A stretch of 64,000 bases of DNA from a bacterium (GTDB lineage: Bacteria; Patescibacteriota; Patescibacteriia; JAACEG01; JAGUWE01): the NCBI GenBank assembly GCA_043798995.1, contig JAZDOD010000011.1:4737-68736 (forward strand), in the 5' to 3' direction. Below, piece after piece: positions 9,976-19,596 of this stretch (position 1 is its first letter; each line of letters opens with the position of its first letter). The notes beneath the pieces were generated by a model. It searched no databases. It was not told where the DNA came from and was given only the letters and a program-made list of their open reading frames with translations. The position numbers and the translations under genes were made by a program.

Positions 9976-10047
9976 TAATCCCTCCTTTTTTGTTAAAGTT
10001 CAATTTATATTTATTTAATCATTATATTATTAATTATTTTTAAAATT

Positions 10048-11907
10048 ATGTCAAGCCAATCCACCTTCGCTAAAACTTCAGCCGACGTCAAAGCTTTGTC
10101 GGAAAAATCGGCGAACAAGAAAGATAAAAATCAATCTAAAGATAAACTTGAGATTATGCGCCATTCTTTGGCTCATCTTTTGGCCGCTGCGGTTTTAGAA
10201 ATTATTCCCGAGGCGAAATTTGCTATTGGTCCGGCGATTGAGAATGGCTTTTATTATGATTTTGATTTACCCGCCGAAGCCTTGGCGAAGGCGGGTCTGT
10301 CCAAAACTCTTACCCCCGAAGATTTGCCCAAAATTGAAAAAATAATGAGCCAGCTGATTAAAAAGAATCTAAAGTTTGAAAAAAAAGTTCTGCCAATCAA
10401 GGAAGCAATCGCGACTTTTAAGGAGTTGGGCCAGGATTATAAAGCGGAATTGTTGGCAGATTTAAAAAAAGAGGGAGAGAAAGAAGTCTCGGTTTATCAA
10501 ACCGGTAATTTTCTTGATCTTTGCCGCGGGCCGCACATTGACTTAAGCGGCAAAGTTGGCGCTTTTAAATTAACTCATCTGGCCGGCGCTTACTGGAAAG
10601 CTTCGGAGAAAAATAAGATGCTCACCCGGATTTATGGCCTGGCTTTTGCCACGCAAAAAGAATTAGACGATTATTTAAAAATGTTAGTTGAAGCTGAAAA
10701 ACGAGACCATCGCAAATTAGGGCAAGAATTGGATTTATTTAGTTTTGACGAGGAATTCGGCCAGGGCTTGCCGCTTTGGCATCCCAAGGGCGCTATTCTT
10801 CGTCAAGTAATGGAGGATTTTGTTTTGAAAGAATATTTAAAGCGCGGTTATCAGTTAGTCAGAACCCCGCATATTGCTAGTTTGGAAATTTTTAAAACTT
10901 CGGGTCACTGGAATTTTTACCGCGAGAGTATGTATAGCCCGATGAAGATTGAAAATGAAGATTATATTATTAAGCCGATGAATTGTCCGGGCCACATTAA
11001 AATTTACAAAACGCAACTGCGAAGTTACAGGGATCTCCCGATTCGTTATACCGAACTGGGCGCGGTTTATCGCTATGAAAAATCAGGCACTTTGCATGGC
11101 CTGACGCGCGTGCGCGGTTTTACCCAGGACGACGCGCACATTATCTGCGCCCCAGGCCAACTCAAACAGGAATTAATAGAAGTTATTAAATTAGCCAAAT
11201 ATATTTTAAAAACTTTTGGCTTTTCCAATTTTGAAGTTAATTTAAGCATCCGCGACCCGGAAAATAAAAATAAATATTTAGGCGATGACAAACATTGGCA
11301 ACTGGCAGAAAAATCTTTAGCCGAAGCGATGAAAGAGGAAGGATGGCAGTTTAAGATTGATGAAGGCGAAGCTGTGTTTTACGGACCAAAAATGGATATT
11401 AAAGTCAAAGATGCTATTGGTCGGCCTTGGCAGATTTCCACGCTTCAAGTTGACTTCAATCTGCCCGAGCGTTTTGATTTAACCTATATTGATGAAAAAG
11501 GTAAAAAGCAGCGCCCCATTATGCTTCACCAGGCGATTTTAGGGTCGCTTGAAAGATTTACCGGTCTTTTGATTGAACATTATGCCGGCGCTTTTCCAAC
11601 TTGGCTTTCGCCCGTGCAAATTAAAATTATTCCGGTTGGCAAAGACCATTTTAAATATTCAGAAAAATTAGCCGAGGAGTTTTTGGCTAATGATTTTCGT
11701 GTAGAAGTCGATAATTTAAATGAAACCGTGGGCTATAAAATCAGAAAAGCCGAAAAGCAAAAAGTGCCTTATATGTTAGTGATCGGCGACAAAGAAACAA
11801 AAGGCAAAACTCTGAATGTGCGCCACCGCGATGAAAAAGACATGGTCCGAATGACGATTAAGAAGTTTATTGAGAGGATTAAAAGAGAGGTTGAAGAGAA
11901 GAAATAA
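10048..11907 (+). CDS. thrS: Threonine--tRNA ligase
   Basis: MRHSLAH, DLCRGPH, KPMNCPGH, RVRGFTQDDAH, AVFYGPK, GSLERF. Confidence 0.98.
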   Translation: MSSQSTFAKTSADVKALSEKSANKKDKNQSKDKLEIMRHSLAHLLAAAVLEIIPEAKFAIGPAIENGFYYDFDLPAEALAKAGLSKTLTPEDLPKIEKIMSQLIKKNLKFEKKVLPIKEAIATFKELGQDYKAELLADLKKEGEKEVSVYQTGNFLDLCRGPHIDLSGKVGAFKLTHLAGAYWKASEKNKMLTRIYGLAFATQKELDDYLKMLVEAEKRDHRKLGQELDLFSFDEEFGQGLPLWHPKGAILRQVMEDFVLKEYLKRGYQLVRTPHIASLEIFKTSGHWNFYRESMYSPMKIENEDYIIKPMNCPGHIKIYKTQLRSYRDLPIRYTELGAVYRYEKSGTLHGLTRVRGFTQDDAHIICAPGQLKQELIEVIKLAKYILKTFGFSNFEVNLSIRDPENKNKYLGDDKHWQLAEKSLAEAMKEEGWQFKIDEGEAVFYGPKMDIKVKDAIGRPWQISTLQVDFNLPERFDLTYIDEKGKKQRPIMLHQAILGSLERFTGLLIEHYAGAFPTWLSPVQIKIIPVGKDHFKYSEKLAEEFLANDFRVEVDNLNETVGYKIRKAEKQKVPYMLVIGDKETKGKTLNVRHRDEKDMVRMTIKKFIERIKREVEEKK

Positions 11908-12070
11908 TGTCATTGCGAGTCATGCCTTTGACAGGGTGTGGCAATCTCATACTTTTTTTGTCATCCTGAACGGAGTGAAGGATCTCACGGGAGGCCATAA
12001 GCCGACCCGTGTTTTTTTCGCGGGTCGCAAGCTCCCGCGAGATTCCTCGGGCTACACCCTCGGAATGACA
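11908..12070. repeat. Cluster of GTCA/TGAC palindromes (family B left arm; family C doublet)
   Basis: TGTCATTGCGAG...GCAATCTC (11908-11948); TGTCATCCTGAA...GGATCTC...GAGATTC...GAATGACA (11959-12070). Confidence 0.85.
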
Positions 12071-12123
12071 TTTAATCAAAATAAAAAAAAGGAGCTTTTA
12101 GCTCCTTTTAAGATCGTTTGATT

Positions 12124-12468
12124 TTAATAATAAGTTGCCTGCAGGATTCTGCTGATGTCGTTTAAGGTTTTTGAGATCTCATAGAGTGAACCGCCCCTGT
12201 TTCTGCAGTCAGCAATATTAATATCAATAGCCAGTAACTTTTTCTTAAGATCTCGCGGCGAGCAATATTCAATTGATTCAATACTTGAAAAGTCAATAAA
12301 TTGCGTGCCGCCGCTGACTTTGAGGCCTAGACCATTGACCTTATTGATCTCAGAAAATCTGCCGTAAAAAGAACCATCCTTTTTGGTATTAACCTTAAGA
12401 AAAGGTTTTTTAATTTTTCTTTCTTGGCAAATTTCAGCTATTTTCTCCGCCACTTTTTGTTTAGTCAT
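12124..12468 (-). CDS. Hypothetical protein
   Basis: 114 aa ORF, SD AAGGAGG, terminator hairpin at about 12085-12109. Confidence 0.65.
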   Translation of the reverse strand: MTKQKVAEKIAEICQERKIKKPFLKVNTKKDGSFYGRFSEINKVNGLGLKVSGGTQFIDFSSIESIEYCSPRDLKKKLLAIDINIADCRNRGGSLYEISKTLNDISRILQATYY

Positions 12469-12469
12469 T

Positions 12470-12700
12470 TTATCCCTCCTTATAGTTTTTATAGAATTTC
12501 AATACTTGCCAAAGTGCCGCCAACCATACAAGAATAAGTAGAATAATTAATAAAATCATTACTAATAGTTCCAATAATGAGGTTGACCCTTTTATTATCA
12601 TTGATACCCACTTCGTTCCGGCAGTTCCAAACCAAAAGGGTATTACTATTAATGTCAATAACTCCACCCAATTTGATTTTATAATTTTTTTAATCCTCAT
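12470..12700 (-). CDS. Small two-TM membrane protein
   Basis: Two hydrophobic segments, SD AAGGAGG. Confidence 0.65.
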   Translation of the reverse strand: MRIKKIIKSNWVELLTLIVIPFWFGTAGTKWVSMIIKGSTSLLELLVMILLIILLILVWLAALWQVLKFYKNYKEG

Positions 12701-12756
12701 TTTTCCCTCCTTGATTTTAGATTGTTTTTAAGGTATCCTGATTAAGACATATATTC

Positions 12757-12851
12757 TGTCATTCCTGCGGAAGCAGGAATCCAGAGAAGTTATTTTATCA
12801 ACCAATCCTGACAAATTAAAATCTAGATTCCGCATCAAGTGCGGAATGACA
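12757..12851. repeat. Family A palindrome doublet (empty form)
   Basis: TGTCATTCCTGCGGAAGCAGGAATCCAG...GATTCCGCATCAAGTGCGGAATGACA. Confidence 0.9.
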
Positions 12852-12878
12852 TCAATTTTCAATTTTCAATGAGCATTT

Positions 12879-14021
12879 ATGAAAAGTAACACAAAAAAGA
12901 ACTTAAGTCAAGGCACAAACAATCGATATCATATTATCACCCATGGTTGTCAGATGAATGTTTCTGACAGCGAAAAAATCGTCGGTCTTTTGGAAAGGCA
13001 GGGTTATCAGAAAGCTAAAGATGCTAAATCGGCCAATTTAGTAGTAATTAATGTTTGTTCGGTGCGCCAGTCGGCGATGGACCGCGTTTATAGTAAAATA
13101 AAAGAATTACGAATTTCCGCCCGAGGCGTGCGCCAGAGGTCCATCCGCCTTTGGCGGAGATCCGCCTTTGGCGGAAAGAATTTAAAATTATTCCCTGAGC
13201 AAAGTCGAAGGGTAAGAATAATTTTAGCGGGATGCCTTTTAGAGACAGATAAAAAGAAATTAAAAGATAAAGTTGATGAGATTTGGTATCCTGACAAATA
13301 TTTTAGCATGGCTTCTTGCCGTGAAAATAAAAATTTAGCTTACGTGCCGATTATGACGGGGTGTAATAATTTTTGCGCCTATTGCGTCGTGCCGTATACC
13401 AGAGGTAGGGAAAAATCAAGATCAGCGTTAGAGATTATTAAGGAAGTAAAAAGATTAATTAAAAGTGGCTATAAAGAAATTGTGTTGATAGGGCAGAATG
13501 TTAATAGCTATTCATGTAACATGGAACATGAAACCTGTAACACAATTAATTTTCCAAAATTATTGAAAATTATCAATGATTTGCCGGGTGATTTTTGGTT
13601 GCGATTTATGACGAGTCATCCTAAGGATATGTCGGATGAACTGATTGAGGCGGTGGCAAAATGCGGGAAAGTCAAAAAAGAAATTCACCTGCCAATCCAA
13701 AGCGGCGATGACGAAATTTTAAAAAAAATGAATCGTGGCTACACTGTGAAAAAATATAAAAATTTAATTAAAAAAATCCGTCAAAAAATACCCGGCGTTA
13801 AAATTTCTACTGACGTGATTGTCGGTTTTCCCGGCGAAACAAAAAAACAATTTCAAAATACAGCCAAGCTTTTCCGCCAAATTAAATTTAACAAGGCCTA
13901 CATTGCCAAATATTCTCCTCGTCATGGCACGGCTGCGGCTAAGCTCAAAGATGATGTTTCACCGCAGGAAAAGAAAAGACGCTGGCAGATTTTAGAAAAA
14001 ATAGCTAATCAAAAGAAATAA
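12879..14021 (+). CDS. miaB: tRNA methylthiotransferase MiaB (no C-terminal TRAM domain)
   Basis: GCQMNVSDSE, NVCSVR, radical SAM GCNNFCAYC, TSHP, IVGFPGET; adjacent to miaA. Confidence 0.92.
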   Translation: MKSNTKKNLSQGTNNRYHIITHGCQMNVSDSEKIVGLLERQGYQKAKDAKSANLVVINVCSVRQSAMDRVYSKIKELRISARGVRQRSIRLWRRSAFGGKNLKLFPEQSRRVRIILAGCLLETDKKKLKDKVDEIWYPDKYFSMASCRENKNLAYVPIMTGCNNFCAYCVVPYTRGREKSRSALEIIKEVKRLIKSGYKEIVLIGQNVNSYSCNMEHETCNTINFPKLLKIINDLPGDFWLRFMTSHPKDMSDELIEAVAKCGKVKKEIHLPIQSGDDEILKKMNRGYTVKKYKNLIKKIRQKIPGVKISTDVIVGFPGETKKQFQNTAKLFRQIKFNKAYIAKYSPRHGTAAAKLKDDVSPQEKKRRWQILEKIANQKK

Positions 14022-14029
14022 ATAAAAAT

Positions 14030-15058
14030 ATGTCAACTCTTTCACTTAAACCACCAAAAATTATCGCTGTTTTAGGAACAACCGCTTCGGGCAAAACCAA
14101 GCTGGCAGTTAGATTAGCTTATCTGTTTAATGGTGAGATTGTCTCAGCTGACAGCCGACAGGTTTATCAAGGTATGGATATCGGGACAGGGAAAGATCTT
14201 GACGATTATATCATCAAAGTCAAAAGTCCCATGCCTACCGGCCCGCTTCGCCGTAGCTTCAGCGAGGCGAGCAGGCAGGAAAAGTCAAAAGTCAAAATTT
14301 TTGAAATTCCATATTATTTAATTGATGTGGTAAGCCCCAAAAAGCAGTTTAATCTGGCGGATTATCAACGTTTGGCTTATCAGGCAATTGATAAAATTTT
14401 AAAAAAAGGCAAACTGCCAATCTTAGCCGGCGGCAGCGGACTCTACCTTCAGGCCGCGGTTGATGGCTGGCTTTTATCAAAAGCAAGACCAGACAGAAAA
14501 TTACGCCAAGAATTAGAAAAGAAGAAAACGAGCTGGCTTTTTTCTTTTTTAAAGAAACTGGATAAAGATTTTGCTAAAAAAGTCAGTCAAAGTGATCAAA
14601 AAAATAAAAGGCGACTGATTAGATATATTGAAATAAAATTAGTCGAGACAAAGAGATTGCCACACTCCTTTCAATCGCTCGCAATGACAGGAGGTGGATA
14701 TGATACCTTACTTCTCGGCCTTACTTATCCCAAAGAAACTTTAAACCAAAGAATTGATAAAAGACTGGAGGAGCGGCTTGAACAAGGTCTGATTGAAGAA
14801 GTTAAAAGATTGCGTCAACAAGGTTTAAACTGGCAGCGTTTAGAGCAATTCGGCCTGGAGTATAAATTTGTGGCTTATTATCTGCAGGGCAAATTAGATT
14901 ATGAAGAAATGGCAGAAAAATTAAAAACAGCAATTCAGCAATTTGCTAAAAGGCAACTTACTTGGTTTCGGCGCTGGCAGAAAATGGGGGCTAAAATTCA
15001 TTGGATAAAAAGTGAAAATGAGGCCAAAAAATTGATTAAAAAATTTTTAAAAAGATAA
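14030..15058 (+). CDS. miaA: tRNA dimethylallyltransferase
   Basis: GTTASGKT, SADSRQVYQGMDIGTGK, GGSGLY, FAKRQLTWF. Confidence 0.96.
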   Translation: MSTLSLKPPKIIAVLGTTASGKTKLAVRLAYLFNGEIVSADSRQVYQGMDIGTGKDLDDYIIKVKSPMPTGPLRRSFSEASRQEKSKVKIFEIPYYLIDVVSPKKQFNLADYQRLAYQAIDKILKKGKLPILAGGSGLYLQAAVDGWLLSKARPDRKLRQELEKKKTSWLFSFLKKLDKDFAKKVSQSDQKNKRRLIRYIEIKLVETKRLPHSFQSLAMTGGGYDTLLLGLTYPKETLNQRIDKRLEERLEQGLIEEVKRLRQQGLNWQRLEQFGLEYKFVAYYLQGKLDYEEMAEKLKTAIQQFAKRQLTWFRRWQKMGAKIHWIKSENEAKKLIKKFLKR

Positions 15059-15116
15059 GGATAAAATAAGCAAAAAAAGAAGGAGAGGGATTTATCCTCT
15101 CCTTTTGAATTGAAAG

Positions 15117-15236
15117 TTAAAATTGAAGGACCCACACTATATAGCCTTGTTTTACCCAATGATTAAGACATTCTGTTTTTACATAGTCGTAAATATGTTC
15201 TTGACCATTCCAAGCAAGGACTCTTGCCATTCCCAT
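15117..15236 (-). CDS. 39-aa ORF downstream of pyrB (not in ORF track)
   Basis: MGMARVLAWNGQEHIYDYVKTECLNHWVKQGYIVWVLQF; SD-like AAGGAAGTG; hairpin at 15078-15105. Confidence 0.45.
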   Translation of the reverse strand: MGMARVLAWNGQEHIYDYVKTECLNHWVKQGYIVWVLQF

Positions 15237-15252
15237 CTTTGTTCACTTCCTT

Positions 15253-16233
15253 TTAATAACCGACGAGAATCATTTTAAGGAGAGCTGCACGGATAAACAA
15301 GCCATTTTGAGCTTGAATAAAATAAAAAGCTCTTCCATCCCGGTCAACTATAGTTGGCAATTCTCCATCTTTCGGATCACGCGGTAAAGGGTGCATAATA
15401 ATGGCATCTCGGGGAAGTTTTGCTAAGACCACATTACTGATGGAACATTTTTCTCTGATTTCTTCGTAAAAGAAAACTTTGTCGCCTAAACTTTCTTTCT
15501 GAATTCGAGTTTGATAAATAACATTGACTTTATTAGCAATTTCTCTTAGATCATCATTTTCAAAAAATTTAATGCCATGTCGTCTTAGATAGTCTTTGAT
15601 ATCTTTGCCTATTTCTAAGGTTGGCGGTGAGACAAAGTAAACGGTTATACCTTTGTATTTTCCTAAAAGGTAAGCTAATGACCTGATGGTTCGGCCCTTA
15701 GCTAAATCTCCAACCATAGCTATGGAAAGACCATCAATTTTTTTGAATCTTTTCCAAATGGTGTAGAGATCTAACAAAGCCTGAGTTGGGTGTTGACCCG
15801 TGCCGTCACCGGCATTGATAATTGGAACCCCTGATATGGTCGCTGCTCTTTTAGCCGCTCCGGTTTCAAAATGTCTCAAGACAATTACATCCGGAAAATA
15901 CAAATTTAAAACCCTGATTGTGTCTTCTAACGTTTCTCCTTTGGCCGCCGAAGAAAACTCGCTGGCGTTTTCTGTAGAAAAAATTACCTTGCCACCTAAA
16001 GTTCTCATAGCGATTTCAAAAGAAGCACGGGTACGAGTACTTGGCTGATAAAAGAAAGAAACCATCTTTTTACCCTTTAAGTAAGTTCTCATTTTTTCTT
16101 TTTCCACTCGAGAAAGTTTGTTTAGTCTTTCACTGACCAGTAACTCTTCGATTTCTTCAGCTAAACAGAAAAGATCAGCTAAAAATTCCAAATCAAACTG
16201 CTGTGTTTCTAAAATATGGTGTAATTTTTTCAT
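15253..16233 (-). CDS. pyrB: Aspartate carbamoyltransferase catalytic subunit
   Basis: PSTRTRASFE, KGETLEDT, NAGDGTGQHPTQALLD, QTRIQKE, MHPLPR. Confidence 0.96.
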   Translation of the reverse strand: MKKLHHILETQQFDLEFLADLFCLAEEIEELLVSERLNKLSRVEKEKMRTYLKGKKMVSFFYQPSTRTRASFEIAMRTLGGKVIFSTENASEFSSAAKGETLEDTIRVLNLYFPDVIVLRHFETGAAKRAATISGVPIINAGDGTGQHPTQALLDLYTIWKRFKKIDGLSIAMVGDLAKGRTIRSLAYLLGKYKGITVYFVSPPTLEIGKDIKDYLRRHGIKFFENDDLREIANKVNVIYQTRIQKESLGDKVFFYEEIREKCSISNVVLAKLPRDAIIMHPLPRDPKDGELPTIVDRDGRAFYFIQAQNGLFIRAALLKMILVGY

Positions 16234-16331
16234 CCCTCCTCCTTTTCAAAGTTCGTTTTTAAAAGTATTTCCTAAAAATACCTTTTTGTTTTATATTTTA
16301 GAGAACGATTTATTATAAAGTAAAATTTTTT

Positions 16332-17855
16332 TTATGTCAAGAGTTCAAGCAAGATTTTTTTCACTATTTCTGGATTGGCTTTGCCGCGACTTTCTTTCAT
16401 TACCTGTCCGATTAAAAATTGCAAAGCATTAACTTTGCCGGCTTTATATTGAGCAATCGGTTCGGGATTATTAGCGATTATTTTTTCAACAATATCAATT
16501 AATTCTTTTTCGTCGCTGACTTGCTCTAAGCCGCTTTCTTCCAAAAGAGACGAAGGATCGGCGCCTGTTTTAAGCATTTTTTCTAAAATAACCCGCGCCG
16601 TGGTGGTATTAATTTTATTCTGGTAAATTAAAGTAATAAATTCAGCAAAATTTTCCGGTGTGATTTTAAGAGTTGAGACGCTGATATTTTTAGCTTTCAT
16701 TAGCCCGCCTAATTTATTAATTAGCCAGCCGGAAACAAAATTAATTAATTTCTTTTTATTTTTTTTCCAAATTTTTTTTTCAGCACCCTCAACTTCCTGG
16801 AGAGAAACTAACCAGGCCTTGAGTTCAGAAACCACCTGTTCGGCATAATTAGCTAAAAGTTTGTCATTGGTTAAAATTATAGCGTCTTCCGCTGAAAATT
16901 CATATTGGCTGATAAATCTTTGGAATCTCGCTTGCGGCAACTCGCCAAGATCTGCTTTCATTTTTTCTTTTAATTCAACCAGATTAAGAGGCGGAATATC
17001 CGGCTCGGGAAAATAGCGATAATCATGAGCGAATTCCTTGCTGCGCTGATGATAGGTTACGCCTTGGACCTCGTCCCAGCCGCGGGTCTCCTGATGAAGT
17101 TTGCCGGCCTCTTTTAGAGCTTTTTCCTGCCGGCGAATTTCATAAACAATCGCTCGCTCTACAGCGCGAAAAGAGTTGATATTTTTAAGTTCAATTTTAG
17201 GATTTAATTTGTAATTGCCAACGGGTTTGATTTCGCCGTTTTCATAACGCCACTTGTCCGCTTCCTGGATTGAGACATTAGCTTCGCAGCGCATTTGCCC
17301 CTTTTCCATATCGGCGTCGGAAACTTCCAAATAACGAAGTATTTTTTGGTATTCCTGGCAGAATTTTTTAGCTTCTTGGGCAGATCCGATAACCGGTTCG
17401 GTGACCAATTCCATAAGTGGCGTTCCCGCTCGGTTATAATCAACCAAACTGTATTTAGCGCCAGTTGGATGAAGTAGCTTTCCCGTATCTTCTTCTAAAT
17501 GGATGCGGGTGATTTCAATTTTAGCGCCGTTAATTTCGAGCCATCCATCATGAGCAATTGGCAGGTCATATTGGGAAATTTGATAACCCTTGGGCAAATC
17601 AGGATAAAAATAGTTTTTGCGGTCAAATTTAGAGTAATCAGCAATTTGGCAATTTAAAGCCAGGCCTGTCAAAATTGTCCAGCGGATAGCTTGTTCATTA
17701 GGTACGGGCAAAGTCCCGGGCTGGCCGGTGCAAATAGGGCAAATCGTAGTATTTGGTGATTGGAGTTCGCCGGTATTATCGCAATTACAAAACATTTTAG
17801 CTTTGGTTTTTAGCTGAACATGTATTTCCAAGCCGATAATGGCGTCGTAGGACAT
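16332..17855 (-). CDS. gatB: Asp/Glu-tRNA amidotransferase subunit B
   Basis: IGLEIHVQL, FDRKNYFYPDLPKGYQISQ, DYRYFPEPD; start moved to MSYDAI because the upstream extension overlaps a repeat. Confidence 0.97.
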   Translation of the reverse strand: MSYDAIIGLEIHVQLKTKAKMFCNCDNTGELQSPNTTICPICTGQPGTLPVPNEQAIRWTILTGLALNCQIADYSKFDRKNYFYPDLPKGYQISQYDLPIAHDGWLEINGAKIEITRIHLEEDTGKLLHPTGAKYSLVDYNRAGTPLMELVTEPVIGSAQEAKKFCQEYQKILRYLEVSDADMEKGQMRCEANVSIQEADKWRYENGEIKPVGNYKLNPKIELKNINSFRAVERAIVYEIRRQEKALKEAGKLHQETRGWDEVQGVTYHQRSKEFAHDYRYFPEPDIPPLNLVELKEKMKADLGELPQARFQRFISQYEFSAEDAIILTNDKLLANYAEQVVSELKAWLVSLQEVEGAEKKIWKKNKKKLINFVSGWLINKLGGLMKAKNISVSTLKITPENFAEFITLIYQNKINTTTARVILEKMLKTGADPSSLLEESGLEQVSDEKELIDIVEKIIANNPEPIAQYKAGKVNALQFLIGQVMKESRGKANPEIVKKILLELLT

Positions 17856-17885
17856 AATTTTAAAAGTCAAAAGTAACAATAGTGC

Positions 17886-18019
17886 TGTCATCCTGAGGAC
17901 GCCTTTGGCGGCCGAAGGATCTCACGGGAGGAGCGAAGCGACGACCCGTGTTCGCGGGTCGCTCATTCCGCTACACTTTATTCGCTCCCGCGAGATTCTT
18001 CACTTCGTTCAGAATGACA
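17886..18019. repeat. Family C palindrome doublet with internal hairpins
   Basis: TGTCATCCTGAG...GAAGGATCTCACGGGAG...CTCCCGCGAGATTC...AGAATGACA; homologous to 11959-12070. Confidence 0.85.
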
Positions 18020-18039
18020 TAATAACATTAAGTAAATTT

Positions 18040-18651
18040 TTATAAAACTTTCTTTACCTCTTGCCAGATTAATTCATGGATAGTATTTATTTTTTGATTA
18101 GCATTAATTATGCTCCAATTATATTTTTTGGCCAGATTAAGATGAATTTGTCTGACGCGAGCGGTTAAACTTTCATTTTCCTCGTGAATATGATTAATTT
18201 CAATCGCATCTTTAAAACGTTCTCCGTCTAAAAGTATAGCCAAGTCCTCTTTTAAAAGATGGGAGTTGATAAATTCTAAAAATTCTTCCGAGATACCAGC
18301 ACCAATTCCCCAAGCCAGGCCTGTGCCAACATAATCTTCAGCTATAATATTAATTTCAGAGTTCAATTTTTCTTTTAAAGTTAATTCAAATTGAGTTTTG
18401 TTTAAGACCTGTATTATTTGAAATTCTCTGGCTGATAAATCGTGGGGATTGCCCTTTCTTAAGTATTCTTCAAGTAAAATTCCCGAAGGGCTAATTTCAT
18501 AACGGCCGTATTTGAGATATTCAGCCTGACATCCTTTTTTGATTAGTTTTTCTGCCAAAAGCTTGGCTTGGGTGGTTTTACCCAAATTATTAATACCATA
18601 CAAAACAATAAACTTTCCCTTTCCATTTTTTTTATTAATAGTTTTCATCAT
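18040..18651 (-). CDS. tmk: Thymidylate kinase-like protein
   Basis: GKFIVLYGINNLGKTTQ P-loop; follows thyA-folA. Confidence 0.75.
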   Translation of the reverse strand: MMKTINKKNGKGKFIVLYGINNLGKTTQAKLLAEKLIKKGCQAEYLKYGRYEISPSGILLEEYLRKGNPHDLSAREFQIIQVLNKTQFELTLKEKLNSEINIIAEDYVGTGLAWGIGAGISEEFLEFINSHLLKEDLAILLDGERFKDAIEINHIHEENESLTARVRQIHLNLAKKYNWSIINANQKINTIHELIWQEVKKVL

Positions 18652-18653
18652 AT

Positions 18654-19139
18654 TTATCGCGTTAGTTCTAAATAAGTAAATTCATATTTACCATTAGAAC
18701 TTTTTTCTTCACTCACAATATTTTTAAATTCAGAATAATCCGGAAAGAAAGTGTCGGCGTCGTAATCGCCCTCAACAACGGTTAAATAAAGTTTATCAGT
18801 CATTGGCAAAAATTGGCGGTAAATTGAGCCGCCGCCGATAATGAAAATTTCTTCTTTTTCAATTTCACGGGCTTTGTTCAATCCTTCCTCAAAGGAGCGG
18901 GTGACAACAACACCTCTGGGATTAAAAGAATAATCATCCGAAATTACCACATTAGTTCTATTGGGTAAGGGTTTGCCGATTGATTCGTAAGTTTTTTGCC
19001 CCATCAAAACCACATGGCCCGAGGTTATTTTTTTAAAATGTTTCAAATCTTCTGGAATTTGCCAAAGTAACTGGTTGTCTTTGCCAATGGCCCGGTTTTT
19101 GGCAATAGAAACAATGATGCTGATAATTGGTTTTTGCAT
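18654..19139 (-). CDS. folA: Dihydrofolate reductase
   Basis: IGKDNQLLWQIPEDLKHFK, MGQKTYESIGKPLPNR, IIGGG, DTFFP. Confidence 0.97.
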   Translation of the reverse strand: MQKPIISIIVSIAKNRAIGKDNQLLWQIPEDLKHFKKITSGHVVLMGQKTYESIGKPLPNRTNVVISDDYSFNPRGVVVTRSFEEGLNKAREIEKEEIFIIGGGSIYRQFLPMTDKLYLTVVEGDYDADTFFPDYSEFKNIVSEEKSSNGKYEFTYLELTR

Positions 19140-19160
19140 AATAATTTAATTATTTTTTCT

Positions 19161-19542
19161 TGTCATTCCTGCGGAAGCAGGAATCCAGACGATTAAAGAT
19201 CATAATACAGATCTTGCCAGTTAGGATTTGATTTTTCAATTAATTCTAATTTCCATTTTCTCTTCCATTTTTTTAATCTTTTTTCACCCTCGATAGCACT
19301 TTCTATACTAGCCGTTTCTTCGTAATAAACTAAATTATGGATTTTATACTTTTTCGTAAAACCGGAAATTAAATCGTTTTTATGTTCGTAAATCCTCTTT
19401 TTTAAATTTGATGTCACTCCGATATATAGAGTACCATTTCTTTTACTTGCCAAGATATAAACGTAATAAGATTTCATTGTTTTCTGGATCCCGCATCCCG
19501 CCTGCATTAAAATTACGGCGGGCAGGCAAGTGCGGGATGACA
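19161..19542 (-). mobile_element. Putative palindrome-flanked GIY-YIG element (family A) between thyA and folA
   Basis: Left arm 19161-19188 and right arm 19484-19542 match the two halves of the empty doublets (e.g. 55886-55944). Confidence 0.7.
19193..19477 (-). CDS. GIY-YIG nuclease (stand-alone, UPF0213-like)
   Basis: YYVYILASKRNGTLYIGVT...RIYEHK...FTKKY...LVYYE...EKRLK; start at MKSYY. Confidence 0.92.
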   Translation of the reverse strand: MKSYYVYILASKRNGTLYIGVTSNLKKRIYEHKNDLISGFTKKYKIHNLVYYEETASIESAIEGEKRLKKWKRKWKLELIEKSNPNWQDLYYDL

Positions 19543-19596
19543 TAGGGAGAATTAGTGTGGAATGACAAAATAAATATTGTTAGGATGACAGAAAAT

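Noticed and set aside
11870-12121. Short ORFs over palindrome clusters (also 9048, 29069, 50511, 54669, 56420, 59758) and N-terminal extensions of gatB, rplK, the Clp ATPase and the 19193 nuclease
   Set aside because: They are translations of repeat or riboswitch DNA; downstream ATG starts fit the protein families better
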